NCBI GenBank assembly: GCA_036867785.1 | Contig: CP145410.1 | Location: 620,001 to 684,000, forward strand | Origin: Plasmodiophora brassicae | Taxonomy: Eukaryota | Direction: 5' to 3' | DNA: 64,000 nucleotides | Part shown: positions 59,605 to 64,000 of the stretch, in pieces | Layout: the number at the start of each line of letters is the position of its first letter | Position numbering within the stretch: position 1 is the stretch's first letter | The notes under the pieces: generated by a model | What the model was told of the DNA's origin: nothing | Databases searched by the model: none | The model's input: the letters and a program-made list of their open reading frames with translations, nothing else | Program-made: the position numbers and the translations under genes

Positions 59605-62442
59605 TTACCAATAATCTCTACATGAACATCTGCCGTTATGGAAATGATGTTGGCGGATGGGATCCCGGATGTAGATGTCTCGTTCGAAAAGCGCAGAGGT
59701 TCGCTTGGCGCCGTCGTGGCAGTCCCGACAGATCGGCGAGCTCTTCTCGACGCGAACCGCTTGCCCAACAGGCGCCACCTTGAGCGCATACGCAATGGCA
59801 AGCATCTCGCCATGCATCACATGATCGGGCGAAGATTGATTCACTTTGTATCCCGCTTTGACAAGGCGTCCCAAGAGCTCGTCGTGTTGGGCTCGGAAAT
59901 CAGGAACGGATTCGTATAAAACATCACTGGGTTGGAACGACATCCTTCCATCCACTAGACGTAGATCTGCCTGCTCGATGACCGTTGGCACAGACCTCAT
60001 CCCCATCTCGCTTCGCAGACGCGCTGCATCCTCGTCACGTCCACAACCAGAAAACATGTTTAGCATCAGCGCATACGCAGGCGCCAGCGCCTCTGGTTCA
60101 GCATTGCCGAAGGACAGAATACGTGCAAAGACGCGTTCGGCCCTTGCAACATCAGAATGGTGCCAACATGCCCGAAGGAGGGTTAGCCAGTGCCCAATTT
60201 GACCTTGGGAGTGACTTGCAGCGATCCGTTCTGCCTGCTCCAGGTTGCCCACTCGGCCATGCAGGTCGACCATGAAAACAGCACCGCCAGGCGACACGGC
60301 GACCTGATAATCCCGGGCGAACTCAGATAACACTGCGTTTGCCTGTGACAAATCCCCGACATGGCTGCATGCGGCCAGCAACGCCCCAAGTGTCGCCTCA
60401 GTCGGCAGCATACGTGAACTCTTCAGCCTTTCGTATGCGACCATGGCGTTCGACAGCATCCCCCAATCGGCAAACGCCGCCAGCATTGCATTGTAAACGG
60501 CAATGCTTGTCGTCGACACCTCTTTACAGTGCGATTCGAAGACTTGCGCGCTCGTTTCAATGTCACCACAGCGAGCAAATGCGGCCACGAGAGAGCGGAT
60601 AACGCCGTCGTCGCGAAGAAGAGCGTGATTGTGGTCCAGCGCGTACTGGTGCAAGGTCTGAAGAGCGGGCAGTTCGGACGAGCGACCGACGGCAGATACA
60701 AGTAAGGTAAACACATGTGCGCCTAAGACTATGCCCTGCGTCAGCATTGTGTCAAACAGTTTCATGGCATCAGCAATGCGGTTTTCCTCGGCAAGTACAG
60801 GGAGGATTGAAGCGAAGGTATCCGCAGACGGCTGCGTGTCGCAAGCGGTCATCTGCTCGAATGCTGACAGCGCTTGACTGGCCATTCCACAGCGACAGTA
60901 TGCACCGATCATTGCATCGAAAACGGTATTGCTAGGGGTGGAGGATTCTCCAGCATCAAAGATTTGCTTGGCGGTATCGATCAGACCACATTTGCCATAA
61001 GCGACAATAAATGCCCTGACAACAGCGTCGTCTGTCATCAGCCCATGGTCATTCGCAAATCGACGCAGCGACTGAAGTGTGCCAAGCTCTGCAGTGCGGC
61101 CACATGCGTCGACAATCGGAACCAACACATCAGGGTCTGCCTCGACCCCTCCTCCAAACGTGCTGTTAAAAACGGACAATGCACCAGAAACGCAGCCGTC
61201 TCTGAGAAGCGCCATGACCAGCATTGAACATACCTCGCGGGCGGGTTCAGCTTCGCTGGGTTTGTACTTGTCAAAGCTTTCGACAGCATCCTGAAGCAGC
61301 CCATGACGGGTATACGTCATCACCATTGCACGGAGTGTCGCCTGGTCTGGCTTCGAGTTCGCGCAACGATCAAGGAATACCTGCCGTGCAGATTCCAGGT
61401 CACCACAACGATCGCATGCGGATATCAATGCGCAGACGACGAAGTCGTCATCTAGGAGTTGCTTGTCTCGGGCGTACTGCCACAATTTGTGGACCGAAGA
61501 CTGGTTAGCGGACCGGCCGCACGCTCCTACCAGCAAACAGAACACGGGATTGTCGACACGCAGGTCCCGTTTCACCATGCTTTCGAACAGAGCGATGGCC
61601 TGGAAGACGCGACCCGTCTTTGCAAGCGCCGACAGAATTAGGGTGGAGATTTGCATGGACGGTTGCACTCCGATGGATTCCATCAAGTCCAATGCGCGCA
61701 GGGCGGACGCGACACGATTCTGGGACAGCAGCGCCTTGACAAGGTTCGCATACAGCTGGACCTGCTTATGTGGGGCGATGCGCTTCGACCGAATATATCC
61801 TAGAAGACGCTCGGCAGTGTCGGCACCGACAGGGCGGCGAGCTTCAGCGCAGCATACTGCGAACAGGGACAGCATCTCCTCGCTGATCTCCACGTTGTTG
61901 TCAATCGCATCTGATACGAGGGACAATGCCGAGGCAGGCCGTCTCGCATGTCGGCAGATGTTTGCAACACCAAAGATGACATTGTGAGATCGAGGACCGC
62001 ATGTCGCGTATCTCTCTAGCACCTGTCGCATTAAGGGCCGCTTGGCGCGTTGGCACGCGGCGATAAACGTGCAGAAGAGAGCATCGCAGACATGACATCC
62101 GCGTTTCACAGCGGCGTCCAACACATCTGGCGCCTTGCCTGGCAGGTGCCGCTTACAGAACGACATCATGACTTGGTAGAATCTTACATCTGCAGCCATC
62201 CCCGTATCGACGACCTGCCGAAACACAGCCCAACCACGATTGCCGTCGCTCTCCACCTTCAACGTCCGAACGGCATGTGGAACAGATCGACAAAGACACG
62301 TGCCCCCTTCCACAGTGTCGCTCCCGTCGACAGCAGCCCCTACAGCAGGCGCGCTGGTTGCTGTAGATCGCCCCCACCGTGACGCGGTTTGCCCTCGCCA
62401 AATCGTCTGTCGAAGAATGAATCGAACTCGACCAAGCATCAT
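59605..62442 (-). CDS. DYW-type PLS pentatricopeptide repeat protein (PPR array, E1, E2, DYW cytidine deaminase), intronless
   Basis: 945-aa ORF. Transit-like MMLGRVRFILRQTIWRGQTASRWGRS. PPR array. C-terminus HGEMLAIAYAL-x-CRDCH..K..S..FERDIYIRDPIRQHHFHNGRCSCRDYW. Confidence 0.95.
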   Translation of the reverse strand: MMLGRVRFILRQTIWRGQTASRWGRSTATSAPAVGAAVDGSDTVEGGTCLCRSVPHAVRTLKVESDGNRGWAVFRQVVDTGMAADVRFYQVMMSFCKRHLPGKAPDVLDAAVKRGCHVCDALFCTFIAACQRAKRPLMRQVLERYATCGPRSHNVIFGVANICRHARRPASALSLVSDAIDNNVEISEEMLSLFAVCCAEARRPVGADTAERLLGYIRSKRIAPHKQVQLYANLVKALLSQNRVASALRALDLMESIGVQPSMQISTLILSALAKTGRVFQAIALFESMVKRDLRVDNPVFCLLVGACGRSANQSSVHKLWQYARDKQLLDDDFVVCALISACDRCGDLESARQVFLDRCANSKPDQATLRAMVMTYTRHGLLQDAVESFDKYKPSEAEPAREVCSMLVMALLRDGCVSGALSVFNSTFGGGVEADPDVLVPIVDACGRTAELGTLQSLRRFANDHGLMTDDAVVRAFIVAYGKCGLIDTAKQIFDAGESSTPSNTVFDAMIGAYCRCGMASQALSAFEQMTACDTQPSADTFASILPVLAEENRIADAMKLFDTMLTQGIVLGAHVFTLLVSAVGRSSELPALQTLHQYALDHNHALLRDDGVIRSLVAAFARCGDIETSAQVFESHCKEVSTTSIAVYNAMLAAFADWGMLSNAMVAYERLKSSRMLPTEATLGALLAACSHVGDLSQANAVLSEFARDYQVAVSPGGAVFMVDLHGRVGNLEQAERIAASHSQGQIGHWLTLLRACWHHSDVARAERVFARILSFGNAEPEALAPAYALMLNMFSGCGRDEDAARLRSEMGMRSVPTVIEQADLRLVDGRMSFQPSDVLYESVPDFRAQHDELLGRLVKAGYKVNQSSPDHVMHGEMLAIAYALKVAPVGQAVRVEKSSPICRDCHDGAKRTSALFERDIYIRDPIRQHHFHNGRCSCRDYW

Positions 62443-62613
62443 CGCCCAGCTATAGCAGGGGTGCTGCAGACCGAACTGATGTGCCGCCGCACGGAGTTGC
62501 CTCAGTCGTCAGTCAGTCATCAGTCATCACTCGCAGTCATCGATTGAAAGTTGCCATTGAAATACGATGCGGTTTACTGATTTTCGCAACCTGCAGCTGG
62601 CTGCGTGATGCGG

Positions 62614-63036
62614 TCAGACACAATGGGGTTGACGGTCGGCCAGGACTCGACAGGACGACGGCGGCGGGCAGTCGTAGCCGAAGACCCAGTTGCCGAACGC
62701 GTCGCATGCGTAGATGGTGCTGGCGTTGTTTGCGGGCGATTCGCCGCATCGATACTGCCCGGGTTTGCAGCCCTTGCCCGGCGGGACGCAGTGTGGGACG
62801 TTGTCGGACAGGACGCGGCAGACGTGCGGTCCGCCTGGTGCCGACGCGCAGTCTTCCTGCGGGACCCATTCGCCCCATGCCGTGCACGCGTAGATCGTGT
62901 CCGGCCTGGTGCCATTCCCTGTCACTCCGCACTGGTAATGCCCGGGTTCACATGCCCCGGTCTGGACAGCCGTTGACACCGCCACGTGGACGATGGCCGA
63001 CATCGCAACGTACACGACGACACTTCTCGCGTTCAT
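62614..63036 (-). CDS. Small secreted cysteine-rich protein with two tandem 6-Cys modules
   Basis: Signal peptide MNARSVVVYVAMSAIVHVAVSTA, then two copies of C.PG.Y.CG..TIYAC.A.G.WV...DC..CRVL.D..PHCV. Confidence 0.82.
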   Translation of the reverse strand: MNARSVVVYVAMSAIVHVAVSTAVQTGACEPGHYQCGVTGNGTRPDTIYACTAWGEWVPQEDCASAPGGPHVCRVLSDNVPHCVPPGKGCKPGQYRCGESPANNASTIYACDAFGNWVFGYDCPPPSSCRVLADRQPHCV

Positions 63037-63291
63037 GCTGAACACGCTGTCTGTTCCGCGTCGTTTCAGTTCGAATTCTGGAAGTGGCACCCAGTAGCAG
63101 TGTGCGTCGTGGTCCACTGACGCGCGCCCAGTGACGGCTGCAACTTGAGGGTGCGTTGCACGACTTGCACCCACAGGGTGCGCTGTGGTCCTACAGCTGC
63201 AGAGCTGCAGCATCACGCGGAGCGACGGTCCTGCCCTGATGAACGTTCGTTTATTCACCAGGCGTGTTAGGGAGTCCGGTTAATTACTGCT

Positions 63292-63750
63292 CTACGGTCG
63301 ACGTATGTACGAGGTGCCTTGGACAGGGGAGCTGGCCAGGACACTGCGGCCTGGGTCAGGCGCCGGATCATCCTGGACCGGATCGTCGAGAATGGCGTCG
63401 ATGTGATATCCAGTGGGCGCGGTGACTTGAAACGTCTGCCCAGTCTCGGGGATGACCCCTATGGCTGTGGAACCCGCTGAGACGGACCCCATCGACACGA
63501 CGCCAGGCGCAAACATGGGAATGGCGGCGTACTGGACCGGTTGCATTACTGCAAGCGGTTGCGCAGCGGCCACGCTGGGAAGGCCAAGTACGTTCGTAGT
63601 TGTACCGACGTCGACAGGTGGTGCTGTGGTAGATGGCAAATCGGGCGGCCGTACAGTCGGTGGTCCCGCGTACTTCGTCGGCTGCCCCAGGGCCGATATA
63701 AGGCATACGTTCAGGCAAACCAGAAGCACATTGGCGTTCGGCACACGCAT
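63292..63750 (-). CDS. Small secreted Pro/Thr/Val-rich protein of unknown function
   Basis: Signal peptide MRVPNANVLLVCLNVCLISALG. Single 152-aa ORF. Confidence 0.65.
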   Translation of the reverse strand: MRVPNANVLLVCLNVCLISALGQPTKYAGPPTVRPPDLPSTTAPPVDVGTTTNVLGLPSVAAAQPLAVMQPVQYAAIPMFAPGVVSMGSVSAGSTAIGVIPETGQTFQVTAPTGYHIDAILDDPVQDDPAPDPGRSVLASSPVQGTSYIRRP

Positions 63751-64000
63751 TAGTTTCGCGAAATATCAGTGAAGTGTGGTACTGTCTCGTGAATCGAAGT
63801 TCAGGAGGCATGACTCACGGGTGTGCTAGGTGTGAATCACGCCGCTCAGGCTGGTCCAGTGGTACCTTTCGTTCGCACGCGCGCAATCGTTTCCAAGCGT
63901 CCATGTGCCCGATTTATGTACTGTCAGCAAGCCTCCCGAATGCGCTGATAACGATATCATGCGCTGCCTGCAGCAGACTTGCCGAATGCATGTCATCTGT

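Overview
GC-rich, gene-dense eukaryotic nuclear DNA with many short (about 45-70 nt) GT-AG introns and very short intergenic spacers. The style and the many intronless secreted proteins would fit a phytomyxid plant parasite such as Plasmodiophora; this is inference, not proven. The window holds about 40 protein genes. Housekeeping genes include REV3, importin alpha, a DOCK GEF, COQ9, LSM2, NXT1, roadblock dynein light chain, XAP5/FAM50, HemK, a PPTase, DnaJ, a SNF5-like gene and cyclin Q. It also holds four tRNA-Val genes (three in a 261-bp tandem array), two transposon relics (Ty1/copia and hAT-like) that both form fold-back inverted duplications, and several effector-like secreted proteins. 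The standout is a pair of paralogous, intronless, apparently mitochondrion-targeted PLS-class PPR genes. One (59605-62442) ends in a complete DYW cytidine-deaminase domain (HxE-x25-CxxC ... CSC.DYW), the hallmark of plant-type organellar C-to-U RNA editing factors. The other (8010-10136) stops after the E motifs. Exon boundaries of multi-exon genes were read by eye and are approximate.
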